A stretch of DNA of 38,487 nt from a virus. Its lineage: Duplodnaviria; Caudoviricetes. The position numbers were made by a program, and so were the translations under genes. Below the pieces are notes generated by a model. The model did no database searches and had not been told where the DNA came from. It saw only the letters and a program-made list of their open reading frames with translations. Position 1 is the first letter of the stretch. Every line of letters begins with the position of its first letter. Below, in pieces: positions 26,674 to 34,660 of the stretch. The stretch lies in IMG/VR virus record IMGVR_UViG_3300012919_000017, positions 1 to 38,487 of that record, one strand, 5' to 3'.

Positions 26674-28739
26674 TATACTGACAATCCTAATACTCTAATT
26701 TTACTTTGCGACCTCATCAAATCAGCATCAAAGTTAGGTATACCTTTGGCTGGCATATCACTACCAGAATAAGTAGCACTATTTCTTTGTGCGTTTTGTT
26801 TAATTGTTTGTGCTGATGACGGAGTGCTTGGTGGATTTATTTTTCTAGAATTACTTTCACTTGCTGCTATTTGTGCTGAATTTTTACCATCTCTTTTATG
26901 ATGATGAACAAATTGAGTAACGGATGATGCTCTCGATTTCATATTGGAAGTAAAATTACCAATATTATTTTTCATATTCCCAACAAATCCACCACCAAAA
27001 TATGACATTCTATTACTACCAACTGAACCACCACCAAAATATGACATTCTATCACCACCAACTGAACCACCACCATAATAATTTTTACTATTTTTAATAT
27101 TAGTTGTTTTTGATGATTTACTACTACTCACCATGCTTGGTTTATTAGTTCCACCAGCAGCAGCATTCATATTTGCAAGAGTTTCCATACCATATTCTTG
27201 CACTGCTCCTTTACTCATAACAAACTCACCTTCAGTAAGCATTGCAGGAACTTTATCTACCCCTTTTTGTCCTTCTACTTTACCACCATCCTGACTCATT
27301 ACAGGGCCACCTTTTGCCATCGCAGGAACTGATTCCTTGTCAATTTCTTTACTTACTTCCTGATTATTATTCTGTATCTCCGATAGTTCTGCATCAGGAG
27401 TGTCTACATTAGTTTCTGTTGTTGCTTGATCTACATCATCCTCTGGTTTTAATTTATCATTAACGCCTTTCTCGACGTTTTTCATATCCTTATTGAGATT
27501 TTTAGATTCATTCTTTATTACATCATCAACTTTCGGACCAAATCCAAATATAGATTTAACAGCATTTACTATCTTAGGAACTCCCCAAAGTAATAATGCA
27601 GTGATACCTGCTATGACACCAACTGGACCTAATAATCCTGGTAAAAATGCTACAAGGGCTGCCACTATCGCTGGCCAAAAATCTTTGATGAACTTAAATA
27701 TACTAGTAACTTTACTTATATTTTCTGGATTAGTAAACCAATCAAACAACTGGATGGCAATCCTACCAAAAAATATTTTACTTAAAAACTCTATGGCAGA
27801 TTCAAGTATACTCTTAAAAGGTTTTAGTAATTTCTCTCCAACATTTTTAACTGGACCCATAACTTTTTCAAGAGCACCTTCCTGTTTCTTTGCTTTATTC
27901 TGTTCACCTTCTACTCTTGCATCTTCTTGTGCGTCTTGTTGAGTTTTACTTTGATCACCTAGAATACTTTTTATATTGTCAAGAGAACCTGCAATTGCTT
28001 TCAGGGAATTTGTCAATACATCACTGACAGGAGATGCTCCAATAGATTTTTTTGCACCCTCTGCTTGCCCTATCTGTTCTGTATCTAAAGATGGTTGTAA
28101 TGTTTCTGCAGATAATACTCCTGCTGGTTGAGTATCACCAAACTTAAATCTTCTTTTTCTTTCCTCTGGAGTTAAATATTGTCCTGATGAATCTGTTCCC
28201 ATCACTCGTGCTTTAAAAGCATCGTCTAGTACAGTTCCCTTCTTTAGATTCTCTGCTTTTATTCTTTTCTTTGTAGCTTTTATCTTTGGTTTTTTCTTAG
28301 GTTTAGTTGCCTTTTTAGCTACAGGAGTTTTCTTAGGTTTAGTTGCCTTTTTAGCTACAGGAGTTTTCTTTCTTGGTTTTTTCTTTGCTTTTGGTTTTGT
28401 TTTTGTTTTTGTACCACCTATCTCTACTTCTGGTTCACTCTCACTCACTTCTTCTTGAGTATCTTCTCCAAGTATGTCTCCTAATAAATCATCTATACCC
28501 TCCTTTGCTTGCTCCTCTGCTGCTTGTTGTGATTCTAATTCACTAACCCTTCCTTCGAGACCAAGAACACGAACTAAAGTTTTCCTTTGTGTCACAAAGG
28601 TTTTGCTTAATGTTCTATGTATTTCAGATACTTGATCCGTTAATTTATTTTCTAACCCACCAACTTTCCCAGACAATTTAAAATGAGGGTCATGTGCAGA
28701 CCTTAGAGATTGTATTATATTTGGTGTGTTACTAGGCAT
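26673..28739 (-). CDS. Tape-measure-like protein 1 with a Lys/Pro/Ala-rich segment
   Basis: 688 aa. Hydrophobic helices; 'MAKGGPV...DKVPAMLTEGEFVMSKGAV' motif typical of tape-measure C-terminal regions; directly downstream of gp26/gp51. Confidence 0.65.
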   Translation of the reverse strand: MPSNTPNIIQSLRSAHDPHFKLSGKVGGLENKLTDQVSEIHRTLSKTFVTQRKTLVRVLGLEGRVSELESQQAAEEQAKEGIDDLLGDILGEDTQEEVSESEPEVEIGGTKTKTKPKAKKKPRKKTPVAKKATKPKKTPVAKKATKPKKKPKIKATKKRIKAENLKKGTVLDDAFKARVMGTDSSGQYLTPEERKRRFKFGDTQPAGVLSAETLQPSLDTEQIGQAEGAKKSIGASPVSDVLTNSLKAIAGSLDNIKSILGDQSKTQQDAQEDARVEGEQNKAKKQEGALEKVMGPVKNVGEKLLKPFKSILESAIEFLSKIFFGRIAIQLFDWFTNPENISKVTSIFKFIKDFWPAIVAALVAFLPGLLGPVGVIAGITALLLWGVPKIVNAVKSIFGFGPKVDDVIKNESKNLNKDMKNVEKGVNDKLKPEDDVDQATTETNVDTPDAELSEIQNNNQEVSKEIDKESVPAMAKGGPVMSQDGGKVEGQKGVDKVPAMLTEGEFVMSKGAVQEYGMETLANMNAAAGGTNKPSMVSSSKSSKTTNIKNSKNYYGGGSVGGDRMSYFGGGSVGSNRMSYFGGGFVGNMKNNIGNFTSNMKSRASSVTQFVHHHKRDGKNSAQIAASESNSRKINPPSTPSSAQTIKQNAQRNSATYSGSDMPAKGIPNFDADLMRSQSKIRVLGLSV
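26989..27075. repeat. 39-bp imperfect tandem repeat (about 2.2 copies), in frame
   Basis: Units start at 26989, 27028 and 27067; they encode Y(Y/F)GGGSVG(G/S)(D/N)RMS. Confidence 0.85.
28292..28370. repeat. Perfect 36-bp tandem repeat (about 2.2 copies), in frame
   Basis: ttttcttaggtttagttgcctttttagctacaggag at 28292 and 28328; encodes KKTPVAKKATKP twice. Confidence 0.95.
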
Positions 28740-28914
28740 TCGCTTTTTGCTGCTTGCGTTTTAACTCTTCCTCTTCAAGATGTTGTTGGAGAAGACCCAC
28801 ATAGATGTCTCGTTCCCAAGGCATCATATTTTCAATCTCTGTCAAACTATATTTATGATACTGCATCAAGGCAAAATTAAGTTTGAAGTAATTAAACAAA
28901 CTCATATGCACCAT
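28732..28914 (-). CDS. gp51: Baseplate hub assembly protein gp51-like (likely the C-terminal part of a gp26 frameshift product)
   Basis: 60 aa. NFALMQYHKYSLTEIENMMPWERDIYV motif; directly downstream of gp26 in the -1 frame. Confidence 0.8.
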   Translation of the reverse strand: MVHMSLFNYFKLNFALMQYHKYSLTEIENMMPWERDIYVGLLQQHLEEEELKRKQQKANA

Positions 28915-28916
28915 AC

Positions 28917-29636
28917 CTAAGCGAAAAAAGATGCTAACCCTTCTAAAACAACTTCACTTTCAACTTTAGTCTTAGGATTTTTTACCTTTATAGTATGAGA
29001 TAATTTAGGCATAGTCTCAAAAAACTTTTCAATACTCTTGAACTGAGATGAGTTCATAGATTCTAAAAATTCTTTCACTTCTTTCTTGGTGCAATCTGCA
29101 GTTGCCCAAACTTCATCCTCTGTATAAATTTTATCGATGCAGGTAGCAATCAAATCAAAAGATTGGTCCATCGCATTCTTTTCATCAAACTCAAAATTAT
29201 TTTTAATGAATTGCTCCAATGAAGGATACTTCATTTCCATCATTAAGTTATCATCCAATTTAATCTTATTGGTATGACCATCATCTTTTTGAACTTGTAT
29301 GTCATCAAGGTCAATGAGTACAGGAACATTAGTTTCTTCATCATCAGGACAGACAATGTTTACTTCTAGTTCCTCACCAACAGATTTACCACGAATATTA
29401 AGAAACAAATATTCTATATCAAAGGTTGGTAAAGATTCTACTTTAACTCCTTTTGTAAGAACACAATTTCTCAACACTGCTTTAATTGCAGTTGTTATTT
29501 GTTTTGTATCTTCACTCTCTAATGCAATTACTAAAACCTTTTCTTCTTTTACAAGGAATGGTCTGTAAGAAATTGATTTTCCAGTCGAGGGTAACTCCAA
29601 CTCATAGGTTGGGGTTGCAATTTTTGGTAAAGGCAT
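28917..29636 (-). CDS. gp26: Baseplate hub subunit / assembly chaperone gp26
   Basis: 239 aa. MPLPKIATPTYELELPSTG...YRPFLVKEEK...FDIEYLFLNIRGKSVGE...LEGLASFF. Confidence 0.9.
   Translation of the reverse strand: MPLPKIATPTYELELPSTGKSISYRPFLVKEEKVLVIALESEDTKQITTAIKAVLRNCVLTKGVKVESLPTFDIEYLFLNIRGKSVGEELEVNIVCPDDEETNVPVLIDLDDIQVQKDDGHTNKIKLDDNLMMEMKYPSLEQFIKNNFEFDEKNAMDQSFDLIATCIDKIYTEDEVWATADCTKKEVKEFLESMNSSQFKSIEKFFETMPKLSHTIKVKNPKTKVESEVVLEGLASFFA
28923..28929 (-). other. Candidate -1 ribosomal slippery heptamer T TTT TTC
   Basis: X XXY YYZ in the gp26 frame, one codon before TAG. The -1 frame reads CGC TTA GGT ATG straight into gp51. Confidence 0.7.
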
Positions 29637-29663
29637 AATATCCTATGACAAGTTCAGTATGTT

Positions 29664-29670
29664 TATTTAG
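29664..29670 (-). promoter_or_regulatory. Late promoter CTAAATA overlapping a stop codon
   Basis: 28 nt upstream of the gp26 ATG; AGGA Shine-Dalgarno present. Confidence 0.6.
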
Positions 29671-30398
29671 AGGAGATTTGCAGCGATACCTCCAGCGATA
29701 TCTCCAAGCAAATCATTTCCTGTTAGTCTGTCTACAGCAGCATCAACAAATCCACCAACTATACCTCTTGCATTAAATCTTGCTTGGTTCAATGCACTAA
29801 CAGGATTATACACATCAACTATATTAGTTCCTACAACATATCTTAAGTAAGTTAGTGAAACATTACACTGCAGTAAAGATGACCCATCATATGACACAGG
29901 CATGGAAGTTATCTGTATCGGGAAACTTTTTACAAACTGATATGTCATAGAACTTTTATAGTCCTTTTCAAATTTTATAACTTTTAATCCAGATGCGGTA
30001 TAGGTATCTGGATATTTTACATCATAAGTATATGAGTTAGCAAGTGCATCCCTCTTATCCTCATTTGTTATGAACGATATCCAATCCTCAAAAAACTTAA
30101 TTGGTAGATATTGATTTGCATCAACATAAAAATTCAAATCTAATCTATCCTCATACAATCTTCTGTACGCATGTCTCTCAGTTACGCCATGAAAATTATT
30201 ATCAATCTGATGTGTTGCTAAAGATGAGCCAGGTAGACTTGCCTCAGAACACATTAATTGCATTTTACCTTGTCTATTATCACCACTATACTTACCCCTG
30301 AGTCCACTTGGTATGCTAAGTTCTACTTCAAAATGAGAAGTAGTTGCTGGACGGAGCAAATCAGATTTTATTTTAGAGACTGACCTTGGAGTTGGCAT
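29667..30398 (-). CDS. Tail-tube-fold protein, gp54-like baseplate tail-tube initiator
   Basis: 243 aa. 'CSEASLPG...R.Y..L.LNFYVD....IKFFEDWI...Y.F...FP..I.SMPVSY......C.V...Y' is the gp19/gp54 family pattern. Confidence 0.7.
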   Translation of the reverse strand: MPTPRSVSKIKSDLLRPATTSHFEVELSIPSGLRGKYSGDNRQGKMQLMCSEASLPGSSLATHQIDNNFHGVTERHAYRRLYEDRLDLNFYVDANQYLPIKFFEDWISFITNEDKRDALANSYTYDVKYPDTYTASGLKVIKFEKDYKSSMTYQFVKSFPIQITSMPVSYDGSSLLQCNVSLTYLRYVVGTNIVDVYNPVSALNQARFNARGIVGGFVDAAVDRLTGNDLLGDIAGGIAANLL

Positions 30399-30399
30399 C

Positions 30400-30407
30400 T
30401 ATAAATA
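30400..30407 (+). promoter_or_regulatory. T4 consensus late promoter TATAAATA
   Basis: Exact match 30 nt upstream of the gp4 ATG, in the divergent intergenic gap. Confidence 0.75.
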
Positions 30408-30437
30408 CTATTTGACCTTATATATTATGTATAAGAG

Positions 30438-30878
30438 ATGGCTGAAAGTAAAAAGAGTATCTTTAAACCAACTAAACCAAGGAAGTATAAAGGTGATGTG
30501 AATAATATTATATGTCGTAGTTCTTGGGAGACAAGGTTCTGTCATTGGTGTGATATAAACGAGAACATTATACAATGGGGAAGCGAAGAGTTCTTCATAC
30601 CATATCGTGCCCCTGATGGTAAGGTTAGACGTTACTTTCCAGACTTTATTATAAAAGTAAAGGAAGGAACAGGTGATGTCAAAACATATGTTATCGAGGT
30701 TAAACCTATGAGGCAAACAAAACCTCCCAAGAAAAAGAAAAACGTCACAAAGTCTTATCTCTATGAGTGCAAAACCTATGCAACTAATCAAGCAAAGTGG
30801 CAAGCAGCAGATGAGTGGTGTAAAGATAAACGAATTGAATTTAAGATTATCACAGAAAGAGAACTGGGTATAAGATAA
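30438..30878 (+). CDS. gp4: Head completion nuclease gp4
   Basis: 146 aa. KYKGD...RSSWE..FC.WCD....WGSEE..IPY....RRYFPDF...IEVKP...NQAKW.AA. Confidence 0.92.
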   Translation: MAESKKSIFKPTKPRKYKGDVNNIICRSSWETRFCHWCDINENIIQWGSEEFFIPYRAPDGKVRRYFPDFIIKVKEGTGDVKTYVIEVKPMRQTKPPKKKKNVTKSYLYECKTYATNQAKWQAADEWCKDKRIEFKIITERELGIR

Positions 30879-31333
30879 TGCCAAGAAAAACAATCAAACA
30901 AAGAAAAGAAAGAGACCTTGCAAAACAAAACACCGATAGTTTTGGGTTTCAAGAAGAAGTAGAGATAGAAGAGAACCCAACTTCAAGAGTGGATGAACTT
31001 AAAAAATTAGTTGAAGAAGAGAATACAACTGACCCAGAAGAAATAATGCTTTTAATTATGCAAGTTTTTACAATAGAAGCATTGTATCCTGAACCAGGTA
31101 ACTACTATACCTTCATATATAATCCTAAGACACCTGATATTCAATATGATCAACATCCTTTGATTGCTTGTGTGGGTCTTTTTAGATGGGGGTTCAGAGG
31201 ATTGAACTTTCACTGGCAAAAATATAGAAACTACACATGGGAAGAGGTTGCAGGTAAACTTCATGTAGTAGAAAATCAAGAGTTGGATGAGTTACTTGCA
31301 TTACAGTATGGAAAATTCCTACTAAATAACTAA
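30878..31333 (+). CDS. gp2-like DNA end-protector-related protein (short)
   Basis: 151 aa. YTFIYNPKTP...YDQHPL...GFRGLNFHW resembles the gp2 core; TAATG-coupled to gp4. Confidence 0.55.
   Translation: MPRKTIKQRKERDLAKQNTDSFGFQEEVEIEENPTSRVDELKKLVEEENTTDPEEIMLLIMQVFTIEALYPEPGNYYTFIYNPKTPDIQYDQHPLIACVGLFRWGFRGLNFHWQKYRNYTWEEVAGKLHVVENQELDELLALQYGKFLLNN
31322..31328 (+). promoter_or_regulatory. Late promoter CTAAATA
   Basis: In the last codons of the upstream gene, 20 nt before ATG 31349. Confidence 0.6.
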
Positions 31334-31348
31334 AAGAGATACCAATAA

Positions 31349-32686
31349 ATGTCAGTCTCGGCAACGAGTTCTATTTCCGTAGTTCCTGTAACAATTACAA
31401 ACAGCGACGGTGTAAAACTCAAAAATCAAAAATTATATATTGCCACAGAGGTCACAAAAACTATTGGACCTCCACCTTCATATAGTAAAAAAATAATAGC
31501 ATATGAAACTGCAGGTGGAAGCGGTGGTATAACCATAGGAACTTCAGTTAATAAATCAAAAGTAACATATGTCACAAATACTTCTCTTGGAAGTCTTGCC
31601 AGTCAAAACTCAAGAGCAGTAGAAGCAGCGTCATCAAATCAAATAAATTCTATACAATCTGAACTCGCAACAACTTCACAGGAAAGAGAAAATTTAAACA
31701 ATATATCCAACAATAAAAATAAAGCAACTAATGATGGTATAGATGAAGTAAGTGTAAGTGATGGAGAGAAAGGTGGTGGTTCGGCAGCAAGCACTACTAA
31801 AAATTTCTTTGGGGCATCAGAAGATTCTGCAGGAACTAGAAATAAATTTGACGCATTACTTGTTTACCCTGAAACATTACGACAAGAAAAACATGATATA
31901 ATAAAATTTGATATGTTAAAGTATGAACCAAAAGGAGTAGGAAATAATGCAGCGAATGGAAAGTTTGGTCCTGGCGAAAGTAGAATTAGAAATAGAAAGA
32001 GTATAGGAACTGTAGTTTTACCAATACCTGCAGGTATATCTGACGCTAATCAGGCAGGATGGCAGAGTGGAACTATGAATGCAGGTCAAATGGTACTAGC
32101 ACAAATAGGATTAAAGACTGTTACGGAAGGTTTTGCAAAAGGAGGACAAGAAGTAACAGACCAAATAAAAAATATAGGAACAAATAAAGATGAGGTAAAA
32201 ACTGCATTATCAGGAGCTATAGTTGGTGCTGCTACTGGTGATAGTGCTGCTTTACTACAAAGAACAACAGGTCAGATAATAAATCCAAACGTAGAATTAT
32301 TATTCAGTCAACCACAACTAAGACAATTTAGTTTTGCTTTTCAAATGTCTGCAAGGACACCAGAAGAAGGTGCTACAATCTTAAAAATTATTCGTTTCTT
32401 CAAACAAGGAATGGCACCCATTAAAACACAAGGTAATCTATTCCTTAAATCTCCTCATACTTTCCGACTAAATTATGAAAGAAGATCAAGAGAACATAAA
32501 GGATTAAATAAGTTTAAAGAATGTGCTCTAACAAGTTGTGGTGTTGAGTACACTCCAGATGGTAACTATGCTGCTTATGAGGATGGTGTCATGACATCAT
32601 ACAGAATGACACTTGGGTTTAGTGAACTTGAACCAATATTTAATAATGATTATAACGAATTTACTAACGGAGAAATAGGATTCTAA
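31349..32686 (+). CDS. gp48: Baseplate tail-tube cap gp48
   Basis: 445 aa. LPIP..ISD...NPNVELLF..PQLRQFSFAF.MSAR...E...I..IIRFFK...P..F...LNKFKECALT...V.YTPDG...L.FSELEPI. Confidence 0.88.
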   Translation: MSVSATSSISVVPVTITNSDGVKLKNQKLYIATEVTKTIGPPPSYSKKIIAYETAGGSGGITIGTSVNKSKVTYVTNTSLGSLASQNSRAVEAASSNQINSIQSELATTSQERENLNNISNNKNKATNDGIDEVSVSDGEKGGGSAASTTKNFFGASEDSAGTRNKFDALLVYPETLRQEKHDIIKFDMLKYEPKGVGNNAANGKFGPGESRIRNRKSIGTVVLPIPAGISDANQAGWQSGTMNAGQMVLAQIGLKTVTEGFAKGGQEVTDQIKNIGTNKDEVKTALSGAIVGAATGDSAALLQRTTGQIINPNVELLFSQPQLRQFSFAFQMSARTPEEGATILKIIRFFKQGMAPIKTQGNLFLKSPHTFRLNYERRSREHKGLNKFKECALTSCGVEYTPDGNYAAYEDGVMTSYRMTLGFSELEPIFNNDYNEFTNGEIGF

Positions 32687-32687
32687 A

Positions 32688-33353
32688 ATGTCAAATTATT
32701 TTCAAAAAGTTCCAGACTTTCAATATGTTAGCAGACTATCAGATGCTAAGATATCAGATTACACTACGGTAAAAAACTTATTCAAAAAAGTTAAACTTAG
32801 AGATGATATTTTTCAAGACGTAACACTTTTTACAAAATATCAAATTAAGGGCAACGATAGACCTGACAATGTTGCTTTTGATTTTTATGGAGACTCTAAT
32901 TTAGATTGGTTAGTTTTAACATCTAATAATACGATAAACGTACAAACAGAATGGCCATTACTTCAAAATGATTTTGATAGATATCTGATAGAAAAATATA
33001 AAACATATGAAAACTTAAATGCCATTCATCATTATGAAACACCAGAAATAAAAAATGGTTCAGGAGTTATCATAGTACAAAAAGGTTTGGAATGCGATTT
33101 TAATTTTAGCGTATCCTTTTTCGATACATCAATAACACAAGATGTGACTAAAACAAATGTAGCAATACCTGTTACAAACTATGAATATGAATCCAAAATA
33201 GAAGATGCAAAGAGAGAAATATTTCTATTAAAACCAAGATATCTAAACATAGTTAAGGATGATATTGATGAACTGATGCCATATAAAAAAGGTTCCACTC
33301 AGTATGTGAGTGAAACCTTGGTTCGAGGAGAAAATATAAAACTATATCAGTAA
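32688..33353 (+). CDS. gp53: Baseplate wedge subunit gp53
   Basis: 221 aa. YF...P...KNLF...Y.I....RPDNVA..FYGD..LDWLVL..N...WPL...IHHYET...VTNYEYE...KREI.LLKP.Y. Confidence 0.9.
   Translation: MSNYFQKVPDFQYVSRLSDAKISDYTTVKNLFKKVKLRDDIFQDVTLFTKYQIKGNDRPDNVAFDFYGDSNLDWLVLTSNNTINVQTEWPLLQNDFDRYLIEKYKTYENLNAIHHYETPEIKNGSGVIIVQKGLECDFNFSVSFFDTSITQDVTKTNVAIPVTNYEYESKIEDAKREIFLLKPRYLNIVKDDIDELMPYKKGSTQYVSETLVRGENIKLYQ
33285..33319 (-). terminator. Rho-independent terminator for gp32, embedded in the antisense of gp53
   Basis: Minus strand AAGGTTTCACTCA-CATAC-TGAGTGGAACC-TTTTTT: 13-bp stem with one G-U pair plus a U-tract, 35 nt after the gp32 stop. Confidence 0.75.
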
Positions 33354-34274
33354 TTATTCCTCTGCTAACTTTTGAAAATAAGAGAGAGCATCATCTTCTT
33401 CAGTTGATGAAGATGAACTTGGTGCAGTTGCTGCAGCTACAGTTGCCTCTGCCTTACGAGTATTAAAATCTGGTGCATAAGAACCACGACTATTATCTTC
33501 GTTTGCTACCTCTTCGTCATAGCGACGTGCAGGTTGCTTCTGTCCTAGAACATAGTCCAAACGCTTCTTCAGGTCATCGTATGACTTGAACTGGTCTGGT
33601 GCGGTTACAGCAGCAAGTGAATACTGCTTCTTCCACAATGCTTCGAGTGCATCGTCATCATCAAGTAAAGGTGCTACCTTATCGAACTCTGACTTATCGT
33701 AGTTCCAGTAACCATCCTTCTTCACAATCTTCAACTTGAAGTTTGCACCTTGCCAGAAATCAAAAGGATTGATTGGGGTCTCATCCTCAAACTCTGGTTG
33801 CATTGCTTCCATAATCTTATCAAAGATTTTCTTACCAAACTTGTAGAGAAATACTCCACCCTCATTTTGAGGATTGGTAGGATCTTTTACAACATAGACG
33901 TTAGCATAGTATGAAAGCTTACGCTTCTGTCTACGGACAACATCCTTGTCTGATTCATTACCACTGTTCCAGAGTTCACGATTATACTCTGAGACTGGAT
34001 CTTTACCACCAGTTGTGGTCAAAGAATTTTCAATGTACCAACCACCTGGTCCTTGGAATGCATGGGAATAAATCTTTGCCCACGGAATATCCTCACCTTC
34101 TGGTGCTGGTAAGAAACGGAGAACGGCATAACCGTTACCTGTTTTATCTACTTCAGGTTTCCAGAGACGTTCATCTGCTCCACCACCTGATGTACTCATC
34201 TTCTCCACTTCTTTGACTAATCTTTGAGTCAGAGATCCTAGAGAGGATTGTTTTTTTAAGTCGTTAAATGACAT
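33354..34274 (-). CDS. gp32: Single-stranded DNA-binding protein gp32
   Basis: 306 aa. DERLWKPEVDKTGNGYAVLRFLP...HAFQGPGGWYIENSLTT...FGKKIFDKI...FDFWQGANFKLKI; acidic C-terminal tail. Confidence 0.97.
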   Translation of the reverse strand: MSFNDLKKQSSLGSLTQRLVKEVEKMSTSGGGADERLWKPEVDKTGNGYAVLRFLPAPEGEDIPWAKIYSHAFQGPGGWYIENSLTTTGGKDPVSEYNRELWNSGNESDKDVVRRQKRKLSYYANVYVVKDPTNPQNEGGVFLYKFGKKIFDKIMEAMQPEFEDETPINPFDFWQGANFKLKIVKKDGYWNYDKSEFDKVAPLLDDDDALEALWKKQYSLAAVTAPDQFKSYDDLKKRLDYVLGQKQPARRYDEEVANEDNSRGSYAPDFNTRKAEATVAAATAPSSSSSTEEDDALSYFQKLAEE

Positions 34275-34312
34275 TAGATTTGTTTTTTGATTTGGCTTGT
34301 TTGTACTTTGCT

Positions 34313-34341
34313 ATTCTATGAAGAATGTTTACCTTTGTCAA
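34313..34341 (-). promoter_or_regulatory. Sigma70-type early promoter of gp32
   Basis: TTGACA(34341-34336)-17 nt-TAGAAT(34318-34313), embedded in the 3' end of the upstream gene. Confidence 0.85.
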
Positions 34342-34660
34342 GTTGAGATTTCATAATGTCAACCATGTCGTTCATATTTTTAAAAACAACTTGCATATCA
34401 ACATTAACTGGAAGTCCCATTTGTTTGGCACTCTCAATTATATTCTCTTTCATCTGCTGAGCTTCTGGATCTTTTGATAAACTTAAACGAGTATAAAGAA
34501 CTCGTTGTTTCTCTAACAACCTTTCAAGAAGTTCAATATGATGAATTTGATCCTCTTTAGTCATGCCAGGAAATTTGAAGACATTATTATAAACTTCTTC
34601 TTGAAGTTCACTAATCTCTGCCATCTCTGCACGAACTACTTCTGAATCAAAGAAAGTCAT
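34316..34660 (-). CDS. DUF1825-like cyanobacterial/cyanophage protein
   Basis: 114 aa. FFDSEVV..E...LLEKQRVLY.RLSLS.DPEA; usual position upstream of gp32. Confidence 0.75.
   Translation of the reverse strand: MTFFDSEVVRAEMAEISELQEEVYNNVFKFPGMTKEDQIHHIELLERLLEKQRVLYTRLSLSKDPEAQQMKENIIESAKQMGLPVNVDMQVVFKNMNDMVDIMKSQLDKGKHSS

Noticed and set aside
283-29568. Numerous plus-strand ORFs of 60-162 aa (e.g. 283..531, 4484..4702, 8589..9032, 24391..24759, 25517..26005, 27493..27942)
   Set aside because: They are antisense shadows of long minus-strand genes with biased codon usage; they lack RBS/promoter support and recognisable motifs.
30438-30878. TnsA-like nuclease motif suggesting a transposon or homing endonuclease
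   Set aside because: It matches the T4 gp4 head-completion family in its normal context; no terminal repeats or transposase are present.
30408-31279. Minus-strand ORFs 30408..30893 and 31052..31279
   Set aside because: They lie antisense to well-supported gp4 and gp2-like genes and have no protein-like motifs.
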